This document shows, piece after piece, positions 24,144-35,217 of a DNA stretch of 64,000 bases. The notes under the pieces were generated by a model that worked only from the letters and a program-made list of their open reading frames with translations, was not told the origin of the DNA and searched no databases. The translations under genes were made by a program, and so were the position numbers. How positions within the stretch are numbered: the first letter of the stretch is position 1; each line of letters starts with the position of its first letter. Source of the DNA: Phaeosaccion multiseriatum (taxonomy: Eukaryota; Protista; Ochrophyta, other classes); contig OZ218954.1 of the NCBI GenBank assembly GCA_965112735.1, positions 1,922,001 through 1,986,000 on the forward strand, written 5' to 3'.

Positions 24144-26261
24144 TCAAAGCATGCTGCGCCCCTCGTCTACACCCTGCCCTGCCGCGGCTCTGGGAGGAGA
24201 GGCTGACCCCCTCGATTCCATCGTCCAGCCATTGACCCTGGGCAGCTCTTGCTCGTGCTCATGCTCGTGCTCTTGATCTTGCTGCAAGCGGCTGTGTCCG
24301 AGGCGGGAGGAGGCCCCAGGCCCACCAAAGCGCTTAAACTCCCTCACGAGCAGCACCACAAGCAGGATGGCGAGGCTGGCCCCCGCCGCCCCTAGACAAG
24401 CCGCTGTACCGTTGGACATGACATTACTACTTGTCGGCACCACAGGGCTGGTCGATGTCGTAGTCTGAGGCGTCTCAGTGGGAGGAGGTGGTGAACCAGC
24501 GCTACCCCGGCCCCCTCCGCCTCCTCCCCGCTCTGGCGATGGTGCCGTGGTCCCTGCTGCAGCGCCATTGTCGCCTGCCCTTCCGCCTCCGTCCCTCCCT
24601 CCCTTGGGCGTCTCGTGGTGGATCGAAATACTCAAGTCAGCCTCACACAGATCGGACTGCCTCTCTCCACTCTCTACCGACTCAGCGAAGCCAATCTTCC
24701 TATTGGAGTAGTCAAAGGCCGTGTAGTACTGTCTCAAGAACGTGTCCCCGAGTATCCAGGCGTCGCCTTCCTGCCCCTGCATGGCAACAATACACAAGGC
24801 ATCGGTTCCTTCCGACTCGCTGTCAGTGGTTAAAAAGTCGTCCAATGGTATGACCAAATCGCTCCCCGACAGCGAAAGCATCATTCCTCCGACTTCCATT
24901 TCGATTGTGCCCAGGGGTTGAGAGCATTCCACAGCGAGGATCGCTCCAGCCTCCCCACAGTCCACAGTTTTCTCTACGGCTGAGCTTGAGCGGCCGTACA
25001 CCCCTTCCTCCACCATAAAGCACAAGACTTGTCCCAGCTGGTCGGCCACCTTTCCGATGGCAGCATACGGTCCTATGAGCATGCTGGTACCTGTGTCCAC
25101 CATTGCCTCACTCGGTCCCGTCGTCACGGGCGCATTGCCTCCCCCCACGCGCAGCGAGTCAATCACCACCGACCAATACCCTAGACCGAAGCTGGTGAAG
25201 AGCGGCACGTCACACCAATGGAGACACCCCTCGTACCTGCTCTGGTCCACCGCTCCCAGCGTCAGCTCTCCTTTCATGACCGCCCCGTCTAAAGCTGCTG
25301 CTGCTCCTGCTGCCTCGTCGACGTCAATGTCCCCAAGGTACACCCCAAAGACCCCGGAAGGCACCACCCCTTGCTCCACCAGCTCGCCGAAGGGCGGCAT
25401 GGTTTGGGTGGTAGACAGCTCCGTGAAGCCCAGTCCCATCACACCATCCACACCCCCACAACCGCCCACCAGGGTCAGAGAGGCCAGCTCCCCGAACGTG
25501 ACGGGCGCCGCGACCCCGCCCCACTCCAACACGTCGATGGACAGAAAGCCTCTAGCGGTGGTGCCATCTTGGTACTCAGCTGCAAAAGGGGTACCGACGG
25601 GCTCGTAGGTGGACGTGGCGGAGGAATCGTAGAGTTTCTGACCTGCGTCACAACCGTCGGTGCAGGAAACGGAGGGGACCCACAGGTCTGCACTCCCCGT
25701 GTCGAACAGCACGTTGAAGGAAACCTGTGTGGGGAGTGAGGATGGCAACAGAGCGAAGAGTGAGAGAGGGAGACGAAGGTTTGCGGAAGACAGAGAGAAA
25801 AGAGAGGAAGGAAGAGAAATGCACGCATGCATCTTGTCGCAAACGTACCGGGGGTGTGCCCAAGGCGATCTGTCCATAGTATTCCATGTTTTCGCAGTCC
25901 ATGAGCTGAAGCTGCCCTGGAAGATGAAGCCCAAAACGAAACGGGGGTCACGGGTTAGTCTATACTTACAAGAGCAGAGCGCGCGAGAAAAGCATACACA
26001 CAGCGTTATCTTTCCATCCTCGCCCTTCTCCCGTACACGTCCCCTACCTGCTGCTGTTCCAGTCTCTCCAGAGAGCGAGCGGGCAAGTGATTTCCACAAG
26101 CGGTCTCCCTTCTTCCTCGAATGAAGAGGGACAGACATGGCCTCGCCACCGGTGGTTAGCTTCCTTTTCTTAGAGGTAGACCGAGCCCCTGGTCGGGAAG
26201 CTGCTGCTGCCCCATATACCGCTGCAGGGGCTGTCGCTATCGGAAAATACGGATGCTGCAT
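24144..26261 (-). CDS. Pepsin-family (A1) aspartic protease with C-terminal transmembrane anchor; 5' end uncertain
   Basis: NMEYYGQIALGTPP|VSFNVLFDTGSADLWV, DGVMGLGF, second catalytic motif AMVDTGTSMLIGP and WILGDTFLRQYY.AFD..N.KIGFA. These are followed by a Ser/Thr linker and the TM segment AACLGAAGASLAILLVVLLV. Introns at ~26048-25918 and ~25848-25725. No signal peptide was found downstream of an ATG. Confidence 0.88.
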   Translation of the reverse strand: MQHPYFPIATAPAAVYGAAAASRPGARSTSKKRKLTTGGEAMSVPLHSRKKGDRLWKSLARSLSGETGTAAGRGRVREKGEDGKITLCVCFSRALCSCKYRLTRDPRFVLGFIFQGSFSSWTAKTWNTMDRSPWAHPRYVCDKMHACISLPSSLFSLSSANLRLPLSLFALLPSSLPTQVSFNVLFDTGSADLWVPSVSCTDGCDAGQKLYDSSATSTYEPVGTPFAAEYQDGTTARGFLSIDVLEWGGVAAPVTFGELASLTLVGGCGGVDGVMGLGFTELSTTQTMPPFGELVEQGVVPSGVFGVYLGDIDVDEAAGAAAALDGAVMKGELTLGAVDQSRYEGCLHWCDVPLFTSFGLGYWSVVIDSLRVGGGNAPVTTGPSEAMVDTGTSMLIGPYAAIGKVADQLGQVLCFMVEEGVYGRSSSAVEKTVDCGEAGAILAVECSQPLGTIEMEVGGMMLSLSGSDLVIPLDDFLTTDSESEGTDALCIVAMQGQEGDAWILGDTFLRQYYTAFDYSNRKIGFAESVESGERQSDLCEADLSISIHHETPKGGRDGGGRAGDNGAAAGTTAPSPERGGGGGGRGSAGSPPPPTETPQTTTSTSPVVPTSSNVMSNGTAACLGAAGASLAILLVVLLVREFKRFGGPGASSRLGHSRLQQDQEHEHEHEQELPRVNGWTMESRGSASPPRAAAGQGVDEGRSML

Positions 26262-26305
26262 GTGTCTTTCTTCGGTTTTCTCTTCATTCCCCCCCCCCCC
26301 CCCCA

Positions 26306-26991
26306 TTCCTTCGCCAACTGTGAGTATCGCGGGCGGGCGGGGGCTTTTGACTTGAGCGAGTTGGGCCGCCCATACCACCCCCCTCCAGGCTTCGAGCTTT
26401 AAAAGCTTCTGGCCGCAGGCCAGCGGTCTGGGCTTCAGGCTTCTCAGGGGGGCTCAGGGGGGCTCAGGGGGGGGGGGGGGAGAGATTATGCAGGCTTCTG
26501 GCCGCAGGCCAGCCCCGGGCTTCTTGCTTTCGGCCGCAGGCCGCCTCAGCCAGGCTTCTTCTGCTTATCGGGGGGGGGGGGCAGAGAAGCCTCGCGGGGA
26601 GCCGATCCGATCCCTACAGTTTCGCTCAGTTTATAAGGTGATTCCTATTAAGCAATTTTCCCTACAAGAAGCAACAAGTGACCAAGAGCGTGGTACGGGA
26701 GGAGGGAGTGCAGGACCAGCTCCGCGGTTGAGCCGACCCAGGAAGGCGCGCTCTCGCTCCGAGAGCCACATCTGGTGGCTGCAGCTCTGCAGCTGACGAG
26801 ACGGCGAAGTCTGGTCAGGACGTGGCCCTTGGTGGTGGAGGAGCCAGTGCGGCCAGTGCGGGAGACCACGTGCTCGGCGAGTGCGTGTAGGAGCGATGGC
26901 ACGTCCTGACCAGACTTCGCAGTCTCGTCAGCTGCAGAGCTGCAGCCACCAGGAAAGAAAAACGCTGGCAGTTCCTTCGCCAACTGTGAGT
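26306..26991. repeat. Perfect 20-bp direct repeat TTCCTTCGCCAACTGTGAGT at 26306-26325 and 26972-26991, 666 bp apart
   Basis: Exact sequence match seen. It encloses G-runs, three GCA-loop mini-hairpins and the 53-bp inverted repeat. Confidence 0.8.
26772..26952. ncRNA. Long inverted repeat (53-bp arms, 1 mismatch, 75-nt loop); candidate pre-miRNA/hairpin RNA
   Basis: 26772-26824 (ctggtggctgcagctctgcagctgacgagacggcgaagtctggtcaggacgtg) is the reverse complement of 26900-26952 except at one base. The fold is directly visible; an RNA function is inferred. Confidence 0.45.
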
Positions 26992-27068
26992 CTCTCATGT
27001 CGCTCGCTCGCTCTTCTTGCTTCTACACTGTAACTCCCCCATGTCAACATCGAGTCCAGCCACAACAG

Positions 27069-27103
<35 letters not shown>

Positions 27104-27231
27104 AGCAGCAGGAGGGGATAGTCCCTTCACCTTCGCTCCGACTGGCTCACGGCCTCCTTCCCCGAAGGCTCAGACCCACCCCACCCCCCTGCCGGCCTCT
27201 GACTGCCTGACTGCCTCTTCCTCTCCTCCTC

Positions 27232-28339
27232 TCAGGCCCACCCCGCCTTGCTCAGCAGCGCCCAAGCGATCCTCCTGCGCTGCGCCGTCATGTCCGCCTG
27301 ACGCACCTCAGTAATGGGCAGGTCCTCGCTGATGTAGCTGGCGAAGGACACGGCGAACACCCCGCAGTCGCAGCCGTTCTGCTGCTGCGGGGTGTTGGCG
27401 GGGGGTGGGAGTGACTGCCAGCCGGTGGTGTCCATGGGCCCTGCACACGATAAAGAGTAGAGCAGATGAGAGAGGGTGTAGAGGAGGGAACACAACGCAG
27501 CACACCAGGCTTGTTGGTATACGAGTATAGTATGTAGCAGTCCAGTCATTTGGTCTACACTACATGATGAATGTGAAGCACAAAACACATCCATCTACCG
27601 TCGACTTACTCTTGAGCTTGTCCACGTGCTCGTCCGCGAGCCAGCGCATGAGGGCTTTGCGCGCTCCCTCCCCACTGCCCCCCATGCTGTCGTAGTACTG
27701 CACCACCTTCTTCTGCACGTAGATGACCGCCAGGCACCAATGCATGTTGCCCACATTCACCGGTATGATGACCTTGTCGCACTTGAAGATGTCGCCCCCC
27801 ACCACCTTGTTGCCCCTTGTCCACCTGCGCACTCCCATGAAGTTGTAGCCGTCCTCAGTGAGCTTGGCGAAGAAGAAGGAGTTGAAGAAATGGCTGGGGA
27901 GCCGCTTGTCGTCCAGCTTGCACAGCGCCTTGTCGTCCTCGCCCATGAGCTGAATGTACAGGTTGATCACCTCGTCGTTCAGCCACGTCAGGGGCAGCAG
28001 GCAGCGGAACTTCTCGCGGGAAATATCGGCGTTGAACAGCGTAAACAGGAGCTCGTGGGCGGGCCCACCCTCTAAGGCCCTGTCGATGGCTGCATCTGCT
28101 TCGGCTGGCAGCCCCCTCTTCCTCTTGCGTAGGGCCTTGTTCCGCTGCCCCTCCCCTGCTGCTGCCGCCGCTGCCACTGCCGCCCGCTTCGCCTCTGCTG
28201 CCACTGCTTCTCGCGCAGCCTTTATTTTCATCCTCTCATCCACTGAGTGGATCACATCCTCGGTGCTGTGGCTGTAAGATCTGGGCAGGTAGAGACTGGA
28301 GAGCTTGGCGGTGAGCGAACCCACGGAAGGTTCCGCTGT

Positions 28340-28371
<32 letters not shown>

Positions 28372-29053
28372 GTGCGGGTGCTGCTACTGCTGCTACTGCT
28401 GTGGCCTCTCCTCCTTCTCCTGCTGCTCCGGGGGCCGGCGCCACCGACGCCCCAGCATCTCCCGTCTTGGGCGATACGGCTGACGACGCCCGAATCGCCT
28501 CGATCTCAGCGAGTCTGGCCTCTATTTCGGAGTTGTCATACTCAGCTGGGGCTCTCCTGATGGGGCTCCGGACGGGATACCTATCACTGTTGCTCCCGCC
28601 ATCACCTTCTCCCGTAGATACGTCCCCCGACCCCGTCCCCCATTTGGCTCCCGCCCGAAAGTTCAGGCTCTCAATGTTGCCATACGCTTTGGAAAAGAAG
28701 GAGTCAAGCGATGGCGTTGGCTGCGAGGCTTGCCTCTTCTCCGCCAGCTGGTATTCGTCTAATAGGATCACAGCGTTAAAGGGGACCGGGGGAGGGGAGC
28801 ACGTGAGCGAAAGCAATCTCGATGAGAACCTGGGTGAGACACCCTCACCTCGACTCGAGACAAGTCTCACAGAGTTTATGTTCTGTGTGAGCAGGTCCAT
28901 GAGGCCTGCCCGACTGAGGGGCGCCGCCCTGCCCCCGACGCCTTCGCCGCTACGTGAGGTTGAGGGAGGCATGAAAACACGAAAACACAAAGTGGCACAC
29001 ATGCTCACACCCCGTCAAGGTTACGTAAGCTTAGGTTGATTGCCATAAGTCAT
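27232..29053 (-). CDS. Ulp1/SENP-family SUMO protease (peptidase C48)
   Basis: WLNDEVINLY, HFFNSFFFAKL, VRRWT, IIPVNVGNMHWCLAVI (catalytic His), YYDSM (Asp) and PQQQNGCDCGVF (Cys). Intron at 27609-27441. A short first exon MTYGNQPKLT (29053-29025, intron 29024-28950) is phase-compatible but tentative. Confidence 0.92.
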
Positions 29054-29216
29054 TGATCCTGGCGGGCTCCACGCCCCACACACCTTCAGCGCCTTTGACA
29101 GCGAGGGAGCGCTGGACGGGGAGGAAGCGAAGCTTTGGAGCACGGAGGATCGACGTGCACGTGTTGGGGCTCCGGCGCGTGCTTACCAAGCCCAGAAAGA
29201 GGGAGACAGGAGCACC

Positions 29217-32200
29217 ATGCTTGGCACCAGTGGGAGCCGGAGGCGAAGACGGGCTTCAACGTGCGGCGAGGTAGAGGCTGGCTGGGAGGGCTCGAGGAGC
29301 AGGCCGCCTCTCCCTCCACGGCCGCCGCTGTTCCGACGACCAATAGCTGCTGCTGCCGCTCTGCGATGGAGCCTCGCCGTGTGTTTGAGCCTGGGACACT
29401 TGACCGAGGCATGGGTGCCTGCGGCTCCTTCACTACTCGGCGGGAGGGGTGTTAGATCTTCGCCAGGGGTGAAGCAGCGCTGGATTGGCGGCGGCGGCAG
29501 CAGCCGGTGGTGTTATAGTGGCAGCTCGCGGACTCTTCAAGGCAGCTGCGGAGGCCAGACAAGAGGCGATAGCAGGACTGGCAGGAATGGGTTTGGCGAT
29601 CGCGGCAGTAGGCGGAGAAGCAGTCTCTTCGACAGCTCGAGTCACCGGGAGCCGCGCAACGCGGTGTCGCCTCCTTCGCCCCCAGCAGCTGAGCGAGAAG
29701 TAGGAGCAGCGGCGGGAGGAGGAGGTGGACGGGGGGGCGGGGGAGACGACTCCGATGCCCTGGTGAAAAACGCAGAGAAGATGTTGGAAGGCCTCAAGGT
29801 ACCACAGCTGAAGGAGCTATACCGCAAGGCCGGTGGCAGGCCTGGCTCTCTGCGCAAGTCTGAGTTGGTCGATTCGCTGGCCTCCATCATGGCCGCCAAG
29901 CAGGTCCAGGCGTGGGCAGCGAAGCGCGAAGACACAGCAGCAGACTTACCGCCGCAGCAGGAGAAGAAGACGGAGGAGGAGAGCAAGGACAAGGCACCGC
30001 CAGACCTGTCGCCGCGCCTCCAGCAGCAGCGGTTTCAGAAAGGGGACAGGAGGCACGACACTAGAGGGCATCAGCAGCAGCAGCAGCAGCAGCAGAGACC
30101 AGGACCAGGGATGGGGTATCAGACAGTGGGGCGGCAGCGTCGGCTGCAGCAGCAGCACCACCAGCAGCAGAGGCAGCTGTATCCATCCGGCCCGCACCAA
30201 AGTCAGAACCAGAGGCCACCGCAGAACCAACAACAGCAGCACCGACAGCAGAATCAGAATCAGTATCAGTATCAGTATCAGTATCAGCAGCAGCAGCAGC
30301 AGCAGCAGCATGGAGGCCGACAGCAGCACCAGCGGCGCCCCCCGCGCAGGCTACCTCCGATACCCAACGAGTGGGCCGTGGGCGAGTTTCGAGGCTACCC
30401 CCAATGGCAAGAGGAGAGCTGGGCGTGCCAGGCGTCGGTCAACGCCACCAAATTCCACCTGGAGGGCATGGGTTCCCTCCAGCGCCGCACCAGCAACAAC
30501 TACCGAGACATGCCCGAGAACAATTTGGACGTTGTATTCCTCGGAACGGCCTCCTGTGTGCCCAGCGTGACACGGGGGACGCAGGCCATCTGTCTGCGGA
30601 GGAAGGGCGAGGTGTGGATGTTCGACGCAGGGGAAGGGACACAGATCCAACTGCAGAGATCCTGCATCCGAGCCACGCGCATCAACAAAATCTTCATCAC
30701 CCACGCCCACGGCGACCACTCCTTCGGCCTGCCAGGGCTCATGTGCCTACTGGGGCAGGACCGGGCCCGTATCCGCAAGGAGCCGCTGGAGATTTATGGC
30801 CCCAAGGGGACACGAGACTACCTCCGGGCGGCCCTCCGCTACACCTACGCGCGCATCACTCCGCCCTACGTGGTGCACGAGCTGCACGACATTGCCTTCC
30901 TGCACGGGGATTACTCACGCCCGCCCTTGGACTACAAGATCCATCTCGAGGTCGACGCCATGTATGGGGAGAGGGCCGGCGGAAGGGACATTTACCCGGA
31001 CGAGAGGGGCGTGTATCATGTGTTTGGGGACGAGGAGGTGGACGTGTATGCCGGCCCGATGAAGCATACTGTGCCCTGCGTTGGGTTTGTGGTGCACGAG
31101 AAGCCCAAGCAGGGGACGCTGCGCGCGGAGCTGCTGCAGCCCTTTGTCGATGAGTTCCGAGACGCCATCGTGGTGAGGAGGAGGAGGAGGAGGAGGAGGT
31201 GGAGGAGCGGGGGGGGGCGGGAGGAAGGGGAAGAGTGTGAGAGGGAGGGGTGAAGAACGAACAAGACGAGACGAAGGAATCATCACGCGCTTGTCTGCGG
31301 TGCGGTTCCATACACCCGCTTTTGTCTTTTTCTTGTCCCTTGCGGCGAGCGACCTTCTTTCTCGAGGCTGTGAAGGGACATACATACCACTTCAGGGCGC
31401 CCCCCCCTCTTTGCTGCGCCTGCGATGGCTCAACTCAACTACCCTGCCCCCTTTTCTCTCCCTCTCTCTCTCTTCGCCCCCCCCCCCCCCCCCCTTGCTT
31501 CCTTCGCGCACCACCACAGAAAGAGAAGGGCTACCGCAACCCCAAGATGATCTTTCAGGACATTAAGAGGCTCAAGCCGGGAGAGACGTTCACCTTCCCT
31601 GGCGACGACCGCGTTTGGGAGTATGACGAGGTTGTGAGCCCGAGCGAGGACGGCCGCAAAGTGGTCCTTATGGGTGACACTTGTGACGCCTCGTCGCTGC
31701 TAGAGCTGGCGCAGAATGCGGACATTCTCGTCCACGAGGCCACCAACGCCCTTATACAGCCCTTCGACAACGGAAAGGACTACGGCACCGTCGAGCACGA
31801 AGCGGTCATGCACGGGCACAGTACGGTAAGGAGAAGATGAAAGAAGAAGGATGATGGCAATGTTGATGGTGGTGATGATGATGATAATGTGATGATGATG
31901 ATGATGATGATGATGTTGATGATGACAATGTTGATGATGATGTGATGATAATGATGCAGCCACCGCTTCTTTTGCCAGCTTGGTCGTGCCTGACTCTCCC
32001 CATCGCTCTGCTCGTCGCCCTGCCCCCCCCCCCCCCCCCCTCACTCCTCTGTTCCGCTGGGCTCTGCCTCTGTTTTGTGCTGTGGCGTGTGTGCTTGCGC
32101 CCCCCCTTCCTCCCTTCCCTTCCCTTCCCTTCCCTTCCCTTCCCTTCCCTTCCCTTCCCTTCCCTTCCCTTCCCTTCCCTTCCCTTCCCTTCCCTTCCCT

Positions 32201-32958
32201 TCCCTTCCCTTCCCTCCCCTTCCCTTCCCTTCCCTTCCCTTTCCTTCCCGTCCTCCCTTCCCTTCCCTTCTCTTCCCTTCCCTTTCCTTCCCTTTCCTTC
32301 CCTTCCCTTCCCTTCCCTTCCCTTCCCTTCCCTTCCCTTCCCTTCCCTTCCCTTCCCTTCCCTTCCCTTCCCTCCCCTTCCCTTCCCTCCCCTTCCCTCC
32401 CCTCCCCTTCCCCTCCCTTCCCTTTCCTTCCCTTCCCTTCCCTCCCCTTCCCTTCCCTTCCCTTTCCTTCCCTTCCCTTCCCTCCCCTTCCCTTCCCTTC
32501 CCTTCCCTTCCCTTCCCTTCCCTTCCCTTCCCTTCCCTTCCCTTCCCTTCCCTTCCCTTCTCTTCCCTTCCCTTTCCTTCCCTTCCCTTCCCTTCCCTTC
32601 CCTTCCCTTCCCTTCCCTTTCCTTCCCGTCCTCCCTTCCCTTCCCTTCCCTTCCCTTCCCTTCCCTTCCCTTCCCTTCCTTTCCCTTTCCTTCCTTCCCT
32701 TCCCTCCCCTTCCCTCCCCTCCCCTTCCCCTCCCTTTCCTTCCCTTCCCTTCCCTCCCCTTCCTTTCCCTTCCCTTCCCTCAGCCTCAAATGGCGGGGCG
32801 CTTCGCGAAGAGAATCAACGCCCGCCAGCTTGTACTCTCCCACTTCAGTCCGCGCTACAGAGGAGACGATTCTCCAGAGAGCCGTGAGTGCATGACTGCC
32901 CTTCCTCCTTGTCTTCTCGGCAGGGTGAATACCTGGCTGCCTACCTGCGTATCGGGAC

Positions 32959-33004
<46 letters not shown>

Positions 33005-34184
33005 TGTGTGTGTGTATGTGTGTGTGTGTGCGTGTGTGTGTGTGTGCGTGTGTGCGTGTGTGTGCGTGTGCATGGAAATGCCCGCTTTTGCAGAGTTACG
33101 CCTGGCAGGACTGTGTCGAGGGGAGGGTGATTAGAGAGGAAAGAGAGAAGAGAGAGGAGAGAGGAGAGGAGGGGAGGGGAGGGGAAAGAAGAGAGAGAAG
33201 AGAATGAGGGGAGGGAAGAGAAGGGAGAGGAGGAGAAGGGATAGAAAACAAAGGAGAGGAGAGGCGAGGCGAAGGAGAAGTCCGGCTATATTGGTGCAGA
33301 GCCTTGTGTACTTCCCACAGTACTAACCCTCCCTCTGTCCCTCCCTCCCTCCCTCCCTCCCTCCCTGTCCCTCCCTCCCTTCCTCCTTCCCTCCCTCCCT
33401 CTCTCCCTCCCTTCCTCCCTCTGTCCCTCCCTCCCTGTCCCTCCCTCCCTCCCTCCCTCCCGCCCTCCCTTCCTCCCTCTGTCCCTCCCTCCCTTCCTCC
33501 CTCCCTTTCTTTCTCCCTCCCTCCCTCCCTCCCATCCTTCCTCCCTCTGTCCTCCCTCCCTTCCTCCGTCCCTTTCTTCCTCCCTCCCTCCCTCCCTCCC
33601 TCCCTCCCTCCCTCCCTCCCCTCCCCCTTGTTATGTCTCGGTGCTTGCAGTTGCCGTCATGCGACGGATCGAGGAACAGGCCAGGGCTGTAGGTGTGTGC
33701 CCGTTCGAAATCCTTGTGTCGGGTGGGGAGGCTTGTTTTTTTTTGTCACACCCCTTCATGCACTGGCTGCTTCGTGGTGGCCTGTCTCCTCTGACAAGCA
33801 TTGCCCTCTTGGCGTCGCCCCCCTCTCTTGGGTCTTTTCCCTTCCCTCACACAACCAACTGCGTCCGCTTCCTTGACCACCACAGCCGGCCTCCAACCCT
33901 ACGAGGTCATTGCTGCTTGGGATATGATGAAACTGTCCGTGCTGCCCAAAGAAGCCTACGAGGAGTGGTCGGTGGAGGCACAGCGGGCCATCGAGCAGGA
34001 GGACAAAGACACCGCAGAGGTTGTGGCTGCCTCCAGAACGCAGTTCGAAGAGTGGTTAAGCGCACGGGATGGGGGGCACGCGCTGAGTCAAGAGGAAGCG
34101 CTCGAGGAGGAGCTCGCCAAGACACGGGGGGAGGGGGGAGGGGAGGAGGGCAAGGAGGAGGACGACTTTACCTACGAGTTTTGA
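29217..34184 (+). CDS. tRNase Z (RNase Z, metallo-beta-lactamase), probably plastid-targeted, with N-terminal SAP-like domain and Gln-rich linker
   Basis: VVFLGTASCVPSVTRG, WMFDAGEGTQ, IFITHAHGDHSFGLPG (His motif), KHTVPCVGF, GRKVVLMGDT, DILVHEAT, HGHST|PQMAGRFA, LVLSHFSPRY and AWDMM. Exons approx. 29217-31171, 31520-31825, 32784-32883, 33651-~33690, ~33883-34184. Leader ...WSLAVCLSLGHLTEA|WVP. Confidence 0.92.
32113..32780. repeat. (CCCTT)n tract of ~670 bp running into a 3' splice site
   Basis: Direct inspection. Confidence 0.95.
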
Positions 34185-35053
34185 GCTTTTGGAGCAGCAG
34201 CATTTGCTTTGTTGCCCAAAGGCTTGGGGGATTCTGTGATTTTCAAGATAAATTCCTTTCCAAAAACTCCTCCTCGACGATTCGACTTCTACTTTTGAAG
34301 AAGGAAGTGCAATTGTCGTTCGTTCGTTCGTTCCAGAGGGCGTCATCCTCGTCACCCACACACCTGGGGCAAGCCGTCCGTGTTACATTTTTTTTGTTTT
34401 TTATTTTTTTGAAGTAGAACAATAAGTATAGCTGATTCAGCCGCTTCTCGTTACTGTAGTGCTCCATCCTCCATCCATCTGTGAATGATGGAGGACCACA
34501 CAGTGAGATTCGCTTCACACTGACTGACTGATGCGTCCTGCGCTGGCCTGGCCTTGGCCTTGGCCCAAGCAGTCTATCCCCCTCCTTGGACCCCTCCTTG
34601 GACCCCTTCCCCTTGCAGCCACCACTCCCATCTCCACAGCGTCGACGTGGTAAACAGGCGGGCGGGCGGCACTCAGAGGTAGAGAGTCCTCGGAGGCTTC
34701 GCTACTGCCCGTATGATGCCTGTATGGTATCACGCTTGTCGCATGCGGCGCTATAAGACCTCCTCTTTAACAATCCTCACAGCCAGCCCCACCTTCTGGA
34801 CGGTTTCGTGCTTACCTCGCCTCAGTACACGCCCACAATAGCGAGCAAGTACCGTGGAGAGACTGGGTGTACTGTTCTTCCCATGTGCCTCCACATGCTC
34901 ATCGGCGCTTGCTCCGGAGGTAACAAGAGCTCAAACCCCGCAAGCGCCGAGGCCAGGCAACCCCAAGAGAAGAGGCTTTGGGATTGTTGCGGGAGATGGA
35001 ATGAATGGAGAAAGGGCCCGCTGAGGAGGGAGTAAGGAGCCCACACCACCGCC

Positions 35054-35217
35054 ATTGATGTGTGCGTCAAGACCAGTCAACACTTGGAGGCATTGGGCTT
35101 ATTGAGGGAGATGAAGGAAGACGTGCTGCGGTCTTCCTACCTTCAACGGTCTTGCTTCATCTCCTTCAATAAACCCAATGCCTCCAAGTGATGACCGGTC
35201 TTGACGCACACACCAAT
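35054..35217 (-). ncRNA. Long foldback (69-bp arms, 26-nt loop); strong pre-miRNA-like candidate
   Basis: 35054-35122 pairs with 35149-35217 with no bulges and 6 non-Watson-Crick positions. Three of these become G-U on the minus strand versus one on the plus strand. It lies 155 nt downstream of the glyoxalase II stop codon, on the same strand. Confidence 0.55.

Noticed and set aside
24144-29053. SENP-aspartic protease fusion gene
   Set aside because: The SENP frame ends with a stop right after the normal end of the C48 domain, no convincing splice bridges the gap, and the cellular compartments are incompatible.
31806-33134. Long ORFs rich in PSLPF or GKGRE (also 17922-18950, 45370-46500, 47195-48229)
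   Set aside because: These are translations of stop-free intronic microsatellites, not proteins.
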